Source: an uncultured Anaerolinea sp. (GTDB lineage Bacteria; Chloroflexota; Anaerolineae; Anaerolineales; Anaerolineaceae). Taken from it: 64,000 bases of DNA. The first letter of the stretch is position 1, and every line of letters starts with the position of its first letter. The stretch is taken from assembly GCA_964483135.1 (NCBI GenBank), contig CAZAAJ010000002.1, positions 6,511 to 70,510 on the forward strand, given 5' to 3'. Positions 35,747-44,971 of the stretch are shown in pieces. The notes beneath the pieces were generated by a model. That model was not told where the DNA came from. It saw nothing but the letters and a program-made list of their open reading frames with translations, and ran no database searches. A program made the position numbers and the translations under genes.

Positions 35747-36616
35747 CTAGATCCTGCGCAGCTTCTTCAATGACGGAAGCTCGCTGTCGTATACCTTTTT
35801 TATGCCGTCACCGACAGATTGTTCGGTAACGCGGATGTATTTAACCAGTTTTTCGAAACCACCCGGTTCAACCGAGGCTGCCTGGTCAGAACCCCACATG
35901 GCACGGTCGAGGGTAATGTGCCGTTCCACCATGCAGGCGCCCAACCCTACCGCCACTGCAGAGGTGACCAGCCCAACCTCATGCCCGGAATATCCAATGG
36001 GGCAGGAAAACGTTTTACGAAGTGTGTCGATCATTCGCAAATTCAATTCATGAGGGTCGCAAGGATAGGTGCTGGTGGCATGCGTGAGAACCAGGTTCTC
36101 CTGACCGACCAGGCTTACTGAAGTTTTAATCTGTTCCAAAGTGGACATGCCGGTTGAAAGGATCAAAGGACGACCGGTACTTCGCAAATGCGTCAGTAAC
36201 TTGTGATCGGTTAGAGATGCGGATGGGATCTTGTAGCAAATGGGGTCATACTGCTCCATGAAGTTGACGGCTTCCTCATCCCATACGGAAACAAACCAGT
36301 CAATGCCAACCTGCTTGCAAAAACGGGCAATCTCGTCATATTCTTTTTTACCAAATTCCGTCTTCTCACGGTATGCCATGTAGGTGATGTATCCCCATGG
36401 GGTTTCACGCATCTGGTTGCGCTGCTCAGGGGGGACGCATAATTCCGGAGTGCGTTTTTGGAACTTGACCGCATCCACCCCGGCGTGTTTGGCAGCCTGG
36501 ATCAGTTGTTTTGCGATTTCAATATCTCCATTATGGTTGATCCCGGCTTCAGCGATGATATAAGCAGGATGTCCATCCCCTACCAAGCGATTACCGATCG
36601 TTACTTCACGTGTCAT
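35747..36616 (-). CDS. NeuB-family nonulosonic acid (9-phosphate?) synthase, lacking the C-terminal SAF/antifreeze-like domain
   Basis: 289 aa. IIAEAGINHNGD, DAVKFQKR, STGMS and GYSGHE are NeuB TIM-barrel motifs. The ORF stops about 55-65 aa short of the other two NeuB paralogues in this window. Confidence 0.85.
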   Translation of the reverse strand: MTREVTIGNRLVGDGHPAYIIAEAGINHNGDIEIAKQLIQAAKHAGVDAVKFQKRTPELCVPPEQRNQMRETPWGYITYMAYREKTEFGKKEYDEIARFCKQVGIDWFVSVWDEEAVNFMEQYDPICYKIPSASLTDHKLLTHLRSTGRPLILSTGMSTLEQIKTSVSLVGQENLVLTHATSTYPCDPHELNLRMIDTLRKTFSCPIGYSGHEVGLVTSAVAVGLGACMVERHITLDRAMWGSDQAASVEPGGFEKLVKYIRVTEQSVGDGIKKVYDSELPSLKKLRRI

Positions 36617-36662
36617 TTTTTCTCCTATTTGAGAATTATTTTTGAATTGATGTAAGGAGTAT

Positions 36663-37898
36663 CTATTTTAACCGAGTTAAGAGGATATCACAAAGCTCCC
36701 TCACTGCGCCGCGACCACCCTGGTTCTCAAGTACCCAATCTGCCTTGCGTTGTACTTCGGGGAGGGCATCTGCGGGAGCAAATGCGAAGGCCGCCACCGG
36801 GAAACATGGCAGGTCATTGGTATCGTTACCGATGTAAATCACTTCGCCGGGGTCGATCTTCATTTCAGTCAGGTATTCTTTCAGGGCCGCTGCTTTATCA
36901 TCGATCCCCTGCAATACGGGGACATTTATCTTCCTGCACCTGGCTTCGACAACCGGGTTACGCTCCTTGGAGATGACCAGCGCGGAAATTTTTTTCTGCT
37001 CTTTCAAAATTGCCAATCCAAGGCTGTCGCTGCGGTTGGCAGCGATTGCCTCGTCGCCATTTTGACTTACCCAAACCCGATTATCAGTTAAGACACCGTC
37101 GAAATCCAATACCAGCAGTTTCACCTTACGCGGCAGCGGACGGCGCTGGTTAGCCGGGTCAACAAATGTCAGCCCACCATCGCGGATCAGGGTTTCCGCA
37201 GCACGCCAATCGGATGGTTTGTCCAGGTCCACGGTATATTTGGGGTCAATAATAAGCGGCAGGATCACCCTTCCACTCATGGATTGTTTTTCGAGGATCA
37301 CATGCGGCCGGATGGCGTCAATATGCCCGGTCTGCCAGTAGACTTCCGGCAGGATTTGGCGGGGAGCATTGAATGGTTCAGATATACCGGGAACCCCCAC
37401 GATCGGGATCATGCGTCCTTCGGGTTCGATCTTCCACATCTTATAAGGGTTTTGCCCTGCCAACACCACACCCCTCACTGAGTCGGCGGTCGGGTTTGCC
37501 AAAAGCAGCCCCACTGCCTCATCCACGCAGGTTAATGGGCGGATGGGAGAAGTCGGTCGCAGCTGGACCACTACTTCAGGTCGGTAACCCTCGTGTTCAA
37601 ACAACCACTCAAGTGCATGCTTGTAGACGGGCAGGTCAGTGGTGTTATCCCGCGCAAACTCGTCAGGGCGCAAAAAAGGCGTCTCAGCCCCCCACTCGCG
37701 AGCCACCGCGGCAATTTCCTCATCGTCGGTTGAGACGATGGTGCGTGTAACAAGGTTGGCCCGAAGCCCCGCCAAGATACTGTAAGCAATCAGGGGATAT
37801 CCGCCAAAGTCCCTGATGTTCTTGCGGGGGATTCCCTTGGACCCGCCGCGTGCCGGAATTACCGCCAGTATTTCGGGTTTTTTTACCATGCTGTCCAT
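36663..37898 (-). CDS. Fusion protein: CMP-ulosonic acid synthetase (CTP_transf_3) + KdsC-type HAD phosphatase
   Basis: 411 aa. The N-terminal half has AVIPARGGSKGIPRKN. The C-terminal half has the HAD motif I LDFDGVLTD, then SKER and GNDTNDL (KdsC/YrbI family). An alternative ATG is at 37889. Confidence 0.85.
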   Translation of the reverse strand: MDSMVKKPEILAVIPARGGSKGIPRKNIRDFGGYPLIAYSILAGLRANLVTRTIVSTDDEEIAAVAREWGAETPFLRPDEFARDNTTDLPVYKHALEWLFEHEGYRPEVVVQLRPTSPIRPLTCVDEAVGLLLANPTADSVRGVVLAGQNPYKMWKIEPEGRMIPIVGVPGISEPFNAPRQILPEVYWQTGHIDAIRPHVILEKQSMSGRVILPLIIDPKYTVDLDKPSDWRAAETLIRDGGLTFVDPANQRRPLPRKVKLLVLDFDGVLTDNRVWVSQNGDEAIAANRSDSLGLAILKEQKKISALVISKERNPVVEARCRKINVPVLQGIDDKAAALKEYLTEMKIDPGEVIYIGNDTNDLPCFPVAAFAFAPADALPEVQRKADWVLENQGGRGAVRELCDILLTRLK

Positions 37899-38704
37899 CC
37901 TCCATCCACCACCACGTTGGAACCTGTCATATAGGAAGAAGCGTCAGACGCCAGGAACAAAAGAGCACCGTTCATTTCATCTTTCCTTGCCATACGTCCA
38001 AGGATTGCCCGTGAAGAGTAGTTTTTTACAAATTCTTCCGGATTATTATTGAAAACGCCACCCGGTGTGAGCGCGTTCACGCGAATTTTCGTGCCCATGT
38101 AATAGGCAGCCAGGTATCGCGTGAGCCCCATAATGCCGGATTTGGTCACAGAGTAAAAAACAGGTTTGAATACCTTTTTCTTGCCGGCAAAATCATAGAT
38201 GCGCTGGTCAGGGCCGACCAGCCCATAAGTGGAGCAAATATTGATGATCGAACCGCTGCCCTGTTTTACCATCACCCTGCTGGCAGCCTGGGATGCCAAA
38301 AAAGCACCAGTAAGGTTGACGTTCAAACCATCCTGCCAGAACTGCAGGGGGTAATCCTCAAATGCATTGTTGCTGGTTTGCGGGTGATCAGGGTCGAACT
38401 TCGGGTCAAGCGCAGCGCTGTTCACGAGCACATCCAGGCGGCCTGTCATGGCAATTACTTTATCCATTGCGGCGCTGACAGATGCCGGGCTGGTCACATC
38501 CAGTTCAAGCCCATATACTGTGCCGGGCAATCCCTGCAAATCGCGTGTGCAACTTTCGACCAGGGTGGGATTTACATCAGCTAAAAAAACAGTCGAGCCG
38601 GCTTCTGCCAGAGTTTTGACGAATTCTTTACCCAGCAGTCCTCCTCCCCCGGTCACAACCGAAGTCTTCCCTTGTAAAGAAAATTTATCGAAGATGGTAG
38701 CCAT
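37883..38704 (-). CDS. SDR family oxidoreductase
   Basis: 273 aa, with TGGGGLLGKEF, NSAA and the catalytic YSVTK. Confidence 0.88.
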   Translation of the reverse strand: MATIFDKFSLQGKTSVVTGGGGLLGKEFVKTLAEAGSTVFLADVNPTLVESCTRDLQGLPGTVYGLELDVTSPASVSAAMDKVIAMTGRLDVLVNSAALDPKFDPDHPQTSNNAFEDYPLQFWQDGLNVNLTGAFLASQAASRVMVKQGSGSIINICSTYGLVGPDQRIYDFAGKKKVFKPVFYSVTKSGIMGLTRYLAAYYMGTKIRVNALTPGGVFNNNPEEFVKNYSSRAILGRMARKDEMNGALLFLASDASSYMTGSNVVVDGGWTAW

Positions 38705-38712
38705 GCTGCTCC

Positions 38713-39699
38713 TTAATCAAGTTTAACCAGTTTGCCAAAATGTGAGGATTGATGCACTGCCAGGGTTAATTTTAATGCTGCGATGCCATCATGGATATCA
38801 CATGCGGGGATTTCTTTCCCATTGGCAACATGAATGAAATGCTGCATTTCTGCCAGGAAAAGATGATTGCGCTCGAAACCAGCCGGTGGAAGGATTTCCT
38901 CCGGTTCGGGTCTGCCTGCCCGGAAAACCTTTGCTGAGGCAGTGGCGTTATCAAAAAAGATCGTCCCATTTTCGCCAATGATCTCGAGCGTGTGTTTTCC
39001 AGGCTGCTGCACATAATCCAGGTGAACCGTGCCAGCCAGGCTGCTCTTGAATTGCAGCCCAATCTCGGCGGTGTCTTCAACGTCCAATCCGAGACCAGCC
39101 GATGAAGTGTAAGCCCACACCGAATCGACATTACCGAACATCCAGCGTAAATAATCCAGCGGATGACTTAAAGTATTCACCACTCCCCCGCCCAATTCAG
39201 GGCGGGCGCTGTAACTCTGGCGGTAATCCTCCCAGGGGTGCCAGCCGGGCAAGTATTCACCCCAGTGCGCCCTGAAGGAAACCGGCTTGCCAATCGCATA
39301 CGCCTGTACCATTTCGCGCACCTTGCTTAACACCGGGTGAAATCGGAATTGGAAACCAACAAGCATGGGGCTGCTGTGCTCTTCGAGAGCGCGCTGCAAC
39401 TCCTCTACCCGGTTCATGTCGTGAGAGATCGGTTTTTCCATCAGGATGGCACAACCAGCCTTCGCCGCCGGGATGGCAACATCTAAATGCAGCGCGGTCG
39501 GGTTGGAAACAACGACTGCATCCGGTTGATGCGCCAGAGCAGCGTAAATCTCGGTTTCATCCGGAATTCCATTGATGTCTGCTTCAGGCAAGGTGGAGTG
39601 GTGAGAGCGCAGCAAAACGAAATCGGTCTCCCCCAATGCGCGCAGATTATTTAAGTGGCGGCGGCCAATCGAACCAAAACCACAAATGAGCGTTTTCAT
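38713..39699 (-). CDS. Gfo/Idh/MocA family oxidoreductase
   Basis: 328 aa. N-terminal Rossmann MKTLICGFGSIGRRH and the EKP motif (LMEKPISH). First gene of the minus-strand operon 39699->24155. Confidence 0.88.
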   Translation of the reverse strand: MKTLICGFGSIGRRHLNNLRALGETDFVLLRSHHSTLPEADINGIPDETEIYAALAHQPDAVVVSNPTALHLDVAIPAAKAGCAILMEKPISHDMNRVEELQRALEEHSSPMLVGFQFRFHPVLSKVREMVQAYAIGKPVSFRAHWGEYLPGWHPWEDYRQSYSARPELGGGVVNTLSHPLDYLRWMFGNVDSVWAYTSSAGLGLDVEDTAEIGLQFKSSLAGTVHLDYVQQPGKHTLEIIGENGTIFFDNATASAKVFRAGRPEPEEILPPAGFERNHLFLAEMQHFIHVANGKEIPACDIHDGIAALKLTLAVHQSSHFGKLVKLD

Positions 39700-39963
39700 G
39701 TCAGTGCCATAAATAATTTATAAGACGGCGAAATCGAAAAAGTAAAATCCTTAAAACCTCGTGCCAGATGATTCTAACTAATAAGTATACCCCCTGGGCG
39801 AATTACATGAATACTATTTTTCTTACTCATTTTTTGGCTAGTAGCTCCTACGTTTTTCGTTCTGTAAAAGACCTGTGGTTATACCAAGACTTTTTCCTTC
39901 CAAATTGCAAATGAGTCACAATCAATATGCAAAGTGAAAACTCAAGTTACAGTCAATTCTTTT

Positions 39964-39990
39964 AAAGAACCCTAAAAATGGTTCTTTTTT
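39964..39990 (+). terminator. Orphan terminator-like hairpin inside a divergent intergenic region
   Basis: AAAGAACC (39964-39971), 8-nt loop, GGTTCTTT (39980-39987), then TTT. There is no annotated plus-strand gene upstream of it. Confidence 0.4.
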
Positions 39991-40150
39991 CATATGAAAA
40001 AATTTTTAGAAATTACTACCGATAAATCTCCTTTTCCCTTTTACTAGCCAATTTGGTAAAATTGATTTGATGATAAAATTTTTAATCCTGTTAAGGAATT
40101 TTGTTTGTGAAACTATTTTTTCCATATCTAGGTAAAAGGTCACGAATATT

Positions 40151-41290
40151 ATGCGTCGAATAGCGTTTATTACTGGATCGAGAGGTGAATGGGGGTATAT
40201 AAGACCAATCATCAAGATAATTGAAAATAATCCTAACATGGATTATCAAATAATTGCCACAAATATGCATGTGCTACCCCAATTTGGTTATTCGGTAAAT
40301 GAAATCGAACAAGATGGTTTCAACGTTGCCGAGAAAATTTATATGACTTATGATGGCTATACTTCCATTACAATGGCGAAATCGCTTGGAAGTTTGTTGA
40401 TGGAATTACCGACAACTATTAATCGATTAAAACCCGATATCATCCTGCTTGCAGGCGATCGGGGGGAACAGCTCATTGGTGCGATAGTTGGTGTTCATTT
40501 AGGGATACCTGTTGCTCATATTCAGTCTGGAGAACTTTCAGGAAATGTTGATGGAATTATCAGGCATGCCATAACAAAATTGGCGCATATTCATTTTGCA
40601 GCAAATGATGAATTTGCAGAAAGGGTTAGAAAACTCGGGGAAGAGGATTTTAGGATCTTTACAACTGGAGCCCCTTTGGTTGACGAAATAGTCAATGGCA
40701 AATACACCTCTGAAAGCGAAGTCAGGTTGAAGTATCGGATCAACAAGGAAGACTTATTTGTGCTGGCTGTACAACACCCCGTTACAGAAGAAGAGGATTT
40801 TGCAGGAGATCAAGTAGAAAAAACCATTGAGGCATTAATTGAAATAGGTTGGCCCGCAGTTTTTATCTATCCAAATGCAGACGCGGGAAGTGAGTTAATT
40901 CGAAATAAATTATCCAAACTCAAGAAACCAAATATTCGATTATTTAGGAATTTACCAAGGCAAGACTACTTGGGATTACTCAGAATTGCTGATGTCATGG
41001 TTGGAAATTCCAGCAGCGGAGTAATGGAGGCACCTTCTTTTTCGACACCTGCAGTTAATATAGGGAGAAGGCAACATAATAGATTACAGGCTTCCAATGT
41101 AATTAATGTGAATTACGATACACAAGAAATAGTTGATGCAATACGAAAAGCTGTATCTCCTGAGTTCATAAAGATCGCGCATAAATCGATCAATCCTTAT
41201 GGAGATGGAATGGCATCGCCAAGAATTGTTGAGATCCTACAAAATATTGAAATTAATGAAAAACTTATGCAAAAAGAAATGGCTTATTGA
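40151..41290 (+). CDS. neuC: UDP-N-acetylglucosamine 2-epimerase (hydrolysing), NeuC type
   Basis: 379 aa. MRRIAFITGSRGEWGYIRPII, GDRGE and HIQSGE...G.ID..IRHAITKLAHIHF are typical of hydrolysing NeuC-type epimerases. Low-GC DNA. Confidence 0.88.
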   Translation: MRRIAFITGSRGEWGYIRPIIKIIENNPNMDYQIIATNMHVLPQFGYSVNEIEQDGFNVAEKIYMTYDGYTSITMAKSLGSLLMELPTTINRLKPDIILLAGDRGEQLIGAIVGVHLGIPVAHIQSGELSGNVDGIIRHAITKLAHIHFAANDEFAERVRKLGEEDFRIFTTGAPLVDEIVNGKYTSESEVRLKYRINKEDLFVLAVQHPVTEEEDFAGDQVEKTIEALIEIGWPAVFIYPNADAGSELIRNKLSKLKKPNIRLFRNLPRQDYLGLLRIADVMVGNSSSGVMEAPSFSTPAVNIGRRQHNRLQASNVINVNYDTQEIVDAIRKAVSPEFIKIAHKSINPYGDGMASPRIVEILQNIEINEKLMQKEMAY

Positions 41291-41300
41291 GGAGATTAAC

Positions 41301-42410
41301 ATGATAAGTCTTTTTGATCTAATTATTGCTCCTGAAAGATCCTTACAAACTGCACTCGAGCGAATGACCGTAAATAAGAAGGGCCTTCTCTTTGTTTGCG
41401 ATGAGAATGAACACCTGATTGGGGTGATTTCAGATGGAGATATTCGACGAGCTCTTTTAAATAATGCTTTGTTATTATCCTCTATCAGTTCATACATGAA
41501 TTTAGATCCCATAACCACAACATCTATAGAAAGCGGAAAAGCACTTATCAATAAGACGAATCACATTGCAATACCGGTTGTAAACGATTTGGGACAAGTT
41601 ATCGCCGCTGTAATCCAGAATAAAGAAGAAATTGAGGTTATCAAAACTGAGCAATTACGTGAGACTATTACATCCGCGGACGTAATCGCTATAATTCCAG
41701 CAAGGGGAGGTTCCAAACGGATTGTTAAAAAGAATATAGCGGTTGTAAAGGGAAAACCACTTATAGGATATGCGATTGAAGTTGCAAAATTGGTTTCTTC
41801 GATTTCAGAGGTGCTAATATCAACTGACGATGAAGAAATTGCTAATATTGCACGCGTTTATGGGGCTGATGTCCCCTGGTTACGACCCGCACATTTAGCA
41901 CAAGACGATACTCCTTCAATTGATGTTGTAATTCATTCAGTAGAGTGGGCAAAGAAGCAATTTGGCTCGCAACTTCAATTTGGAGTTCTATTGGAACCTA
42001 CTGCGCCGTTAAGAACTTCAGAACAGATTTCAAAAGCAATTGAGATATTAAGGTCATCTGATGCCGATTCAGTTGTTTCAGTATCAGAAATCCCCCATGT
42101 TTTTAATCCAGAAGAAATTTTAACAATTAAAGATCAGTTTCTTATACCTTTTAATAAGAAAAGAACGATGGACAATCGCCTGCCGCGGCAGAGCCAGAAA
42201 CCTTACTACGCACAAAATGGGTTGGTGTACGCATTTCGCATAGATAGGTTGCTGGAAAAAAGAAGTCTTTATGGTAAGAAATGTTCCCCGATGATCGTCG
42301 ATTGGAGTTATTTCCTGGATATCGACAACCCATCAGATCTCATTCTTGCAGAACATAAAATTAACGTGTTAAGCAATAACCACGAAGGAGAGAAAAAATG
42401 GCCCGTATAA
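41301..42410 (+). CDS. neuA: CBS-pair domain + acylneuraminate cytidylyltransferase (CMP-NulO synthetase paralogue 3)
   Basis: ATG at 41301 with GAGGAG upstream. The N-terminal ~120 aa form a CBS pair (GVISDGDIRRAL; AIPVVNDLGQVIAAV). Then comes IIPARGGSKRIVKKN. The track start at 41199 lies inside neuC. Confidence 0.85.
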   Translation: MISLFDLIIAPERSLQTALERMTVNKKGLLFVCDENEHLIGVISDGDIRRALLNNALLLSSISSYMNLDPITTTSIESGKALINKTNHIAIPVVNDLGQVIAAVIQNKEEIEVIKTEQLRETITSADVIAIIPARGGSKRIVKKNIAVVKGKPLIGYAIEVAKLVSSISEVLISTDDEEIANIARVYGADVPWLRPAHLAQDDTPSIDVVIHSVEWAKKQFGSQLQFGVLLEPTAPLRTSEQISKAIEILRSSDADSVVSVSEIPHVFNPEEILTIKDQFLIPFNKKRTMDNRLPRQSQKPYYAQNGLVYAFRIDRLLEKRSLYGKKCSPMIVDWSYFLDIDNPSDLILAEHKINVLSNNHEGEKKWPV

Positions 42411-43426
42411 ATATTTCAAACCATTGGATTGGTGACAATGAACCTTGTTTCATTATTGCTGAAGCGTGTGACAATCATTTGGGTGATTTAGCTAAAGCAA
42501 AGGAAATGGCGTTACAGGCTAAGCTATGTGGTGCCGATGCAGTGAAATTTCAACACCATTTACCTGACGAAGAAATGCTTCGAGAAGGCGTTCCAATGTC
42601 AGCAAATTTTAATATGCCTTTGTATGAATTTCTTCAAAAATATGCGTTAACTTTAGAACAACATTATCAGTTGCTCGAATATTGTAAAAAGATAGGAATA
42701 ATCTATCTATGCACACCCTTTAGTCGAAAAGCCGCTGAAGAACTTAACAAAATGGGTTTAAGTGCCTTTAAAATTGGGTCTGGGGAATTAACTGATATCC
42801 CCACATTAAAAGTAATTGCTTCCTATGGAAAGCCTATGATACTTTCTACAGGAATGTCAGAAGTGCACGAAATTGAGGAAACACTTCAGGCAATTATTCC
42901 GATCAATGATCAAGTAATCCTAATGAATTGCACTTCAGAATATCCACCTAAGTACTCAGATATCAACCTTGGTGTAATCAAACAACTTCACGATAAGTTT
43001 AAGTTGATCGTTGGTCATTCTGATCACTCACCGGATATTTACACCTGTTTTGGAGCTGTTGCATTAGGCGCGAAACTTATAGAAAAACACCTGATTCTTG
43101 ATAGAAGGCAACCTGGTCCAGATCAGAGTGTTTCGATTGAACCTTACGAGCTGTACCAATTAACGCAAGGAATCAGGCGAATCGAAGAAGCCTTAGGAAA
43201 TAATAAAAGTATCAATGATCTCGAACGTCCGATCCGGGCATGGGCACATCGAAGTGTGGTCTCGTTGAAAGATATTCCTAAAGGTAGTGTTGTGTCGCCT
43301 GAATTAGTTTGGACAAAAAGACCAGGAACTGGCATCCCGGCCAAATTAATGGACAAGGTGATTGGCAGAATTGCAAAAAAAGATATTCCAGCAAATCATT
43401 TAATTTCCTGGGATGAATTAGAATAA
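42398..43426 (+). CDS. neuB: N-acetylneuraminate (nonulosonic acid) synthase, full length with SAF domain
   Basis: 342 aa. IIAEACDNHLGD, DAVKFQHH, STGMS and GHSDHS, plus a C-terminal SAF-like segment (RSVVSLKDIPKGSVVSPELVWTKRPGTGI). Overlaps the neuA stop by 13 nt. Confidence 0.9.
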   Translation: MARINISNHWIGDNEPCFIIAEACDNHLGDLAKAKEMALQAKLCGADAVKFQHHLPDEEMLREGVPMSANFNMPLYEFLQKYALTLEQHYQLLEYCKKIGIIYLCTPFSRKAAEELNKMGLSAFKIGSGELTDIPTLKVIASYGKPMILSTGMSEVHEIEETLQAIIPINDQVILMNCTSEYPPKYSDINLGVIKQLHDKFKLIVGHSDHSPDIYTCFGAVALGAKLIEKHLILDRRQPGPDQSVSIEPYELYQLTQGIRRIEEALGNNKSINDLERPIRAWAHRSVVSLKDIPKGSVVSPELVWTKRPGTGIPAKLMDKVIGRIAKKDIPANHLISWDELE

Positions 43427-43516
43427 CAAACAAGTCTTCCAGAGTGTTGAGTTCTTCTTATCATCGAATAAAAATAGTCTCTCACGGCTTTCTAACCTCA
43501 ATTCGGATATAAACTA

Positions 43517-44944
43517 TTAATTAAGAAGAGACAATAATAATTCTGCGGTTCTCTTGGTCGCCTCACCGTTCAAAAAAGTCAATTCCTGTTCTGCAAATTT
43601 CAATCGATTTTCACTATGAAGGTCGGGGTTTTGTAAGTAACAATCAAGTGTTTTTATCAACTCTTCAACCGTGAACACATTTACAGCTGCATTCGCTTTT
43701 ACTACACGTTTTGCAGTTGGTAAATCAGGAACGTCATGTAAAGGCATCCAAAAGTTTTCAGCCCAACCTTCTGTGGTATCAATACAACAACTAATAATAG
43801 GGCGATTCTTAATCGCCGCCTCCAATACCATGGTTGAGTAAATAGTAACAATAACATCGCTATATGCTAGCATCGAGGCTTTTTCTGGGAAATCTTCACC
43901 GGAATACCTTGGCACACCTCCACCGACGGCTTTCGGCGCAACTACATGTACATCAGGACAGGTTTTCGCTAGTTCCATAATTCGACGACACTCATCCTGA
44001 TAGTGTTTTTGTGATTTGAAATGGTTTGGATGTAATCGAATTAATAGTTGCGCAGGTTTATTTAGTTTCTTTTCCTTAATCAAATCAACGATCACTTCGA
44101 TATTATGATAATTCGGTGAAATACTAAGCGCTGTGGAAATATACGTGATTAGCTTTTTCCCAGGGTCCAAATCATGTTCAAGATAATATTCCTCCCGCGG
44201 GAGCAGCCAGGTATTGTTAATATAGCCATCATAAAGAGGCATACCGCCAATTTTTATTTTCTCTATTGGCCAATCCAATCCTGAAGATAATTCATTTACA
44301 TGAATCTGTGACCATACAATGGCATAATCGACATCGGCTCCGAGAATACCATGAGAAACCGGGTTATCCCAACCAATAACTGTCATAAGTGATGTGATTC
44401 CATTTTTTTTAGCCTCCCGTAAAAAATACCGGTCCAGGCGCCATCCGGAAGTGGGAGAAATAACCAGGTCGGGGTGGTACTTTTCAAAAACATCGGAGAA
44501 AAAATCAGTGGTAAACAATTTATTTTGAATTTTCCGGAATAGTTTTCTGGCCAAATGAGAATGCCGAAGTACCCAAATGAATGGACGCATAGAAAAGAGC
44601 AACAACTTCCAACGACCTTTTGCCTCAAACTCCTTCCTTTTCCTGTGAATATCAACATAAGACAATGGAATTGCACTAGACATACTCGACCCACGTAAAT
44701 ACTCGAAAATCTCCTGAGTCCTCGCATGATGAGTCAACCGATAATGATTTGTTAAGTCCTCCCTTGAAGATATAAAGGAGATATTCTTAAACTGGCTATA
44801 TTCTTTCTCCAATAGATTTACTAATTCGGATTGGACTAAGAAAATTATTTGAATCCCATTTTTAGTTAATATCCTGGCTAGGTCTGTGTGTAAATAATAA
44901 CCGAGCATTAAACCATGATCTGAATAGACTAATATTGTTTTCAA
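43517..44944 (-). CDS. GT-B-like protein (TagF/Capsule_synth-like), possible ulosonic-acid or glycerophosphate transferase
   Basis: 475 aa, low-GC. IRLHPNHF and IYSTMVLEAAIKNRPII parallel the motifs of the 538-aa and 570-aa paralogues. Family is uncertain. Confidence 0.4.
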   Translation of the reverse strand: MKTILVYSDHGLMLGYYLHTDLARILTKNGIQIIFLVQSELVNLLEKEYSQFKNISFISSREDLTNHYRLTHHARTQEIFEYLRGSSMSSAIPLSYVDIHRKRKEFEAKGRWKLLLFSMRPFIWVLRHSHLARKLFRKIQNKLFTTDFFSDVFEKYHPDLVISPTSGWRLDRYFLREAKKNGITSLMTVIGWDNPVSHGILGADVDYAIVWSQIHVNELSSGLDWPIEKIKIGGMPLYDGYINNTWLLPREEYYLEHDLDPGKKLITYISTALSISPNYHNIEVIVDLIKEKKLNKPAQLLIRLHPNHFKSQKHYQDECRRIMELAKTCPDVHVVAPKAVGGGVPRYSGEDFPEKASMLAYSDVIVTIYSTMVLEAAIKNRPIISCCIDTTEGWAENFWMPLHDVPDLPTAKRVVKANAAVNVFTVEELIKTLDCYLQNPDLHSENRLKFAEQELTFLNGEATKRTAELLLSLLN

Positions 44945-44971
44945 TTCTTTTCCTTTTGGGCGGTTTTATGG

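Noticed and set aside
40006-40239. 77-aa minus-strand ORF in the neuC upstream region
   Set aside because: It overlaps the well-supported neuC start by 89 nt, lies in AT-rich DNA where random ORFs are common, and has no RBS or recognisable domain.
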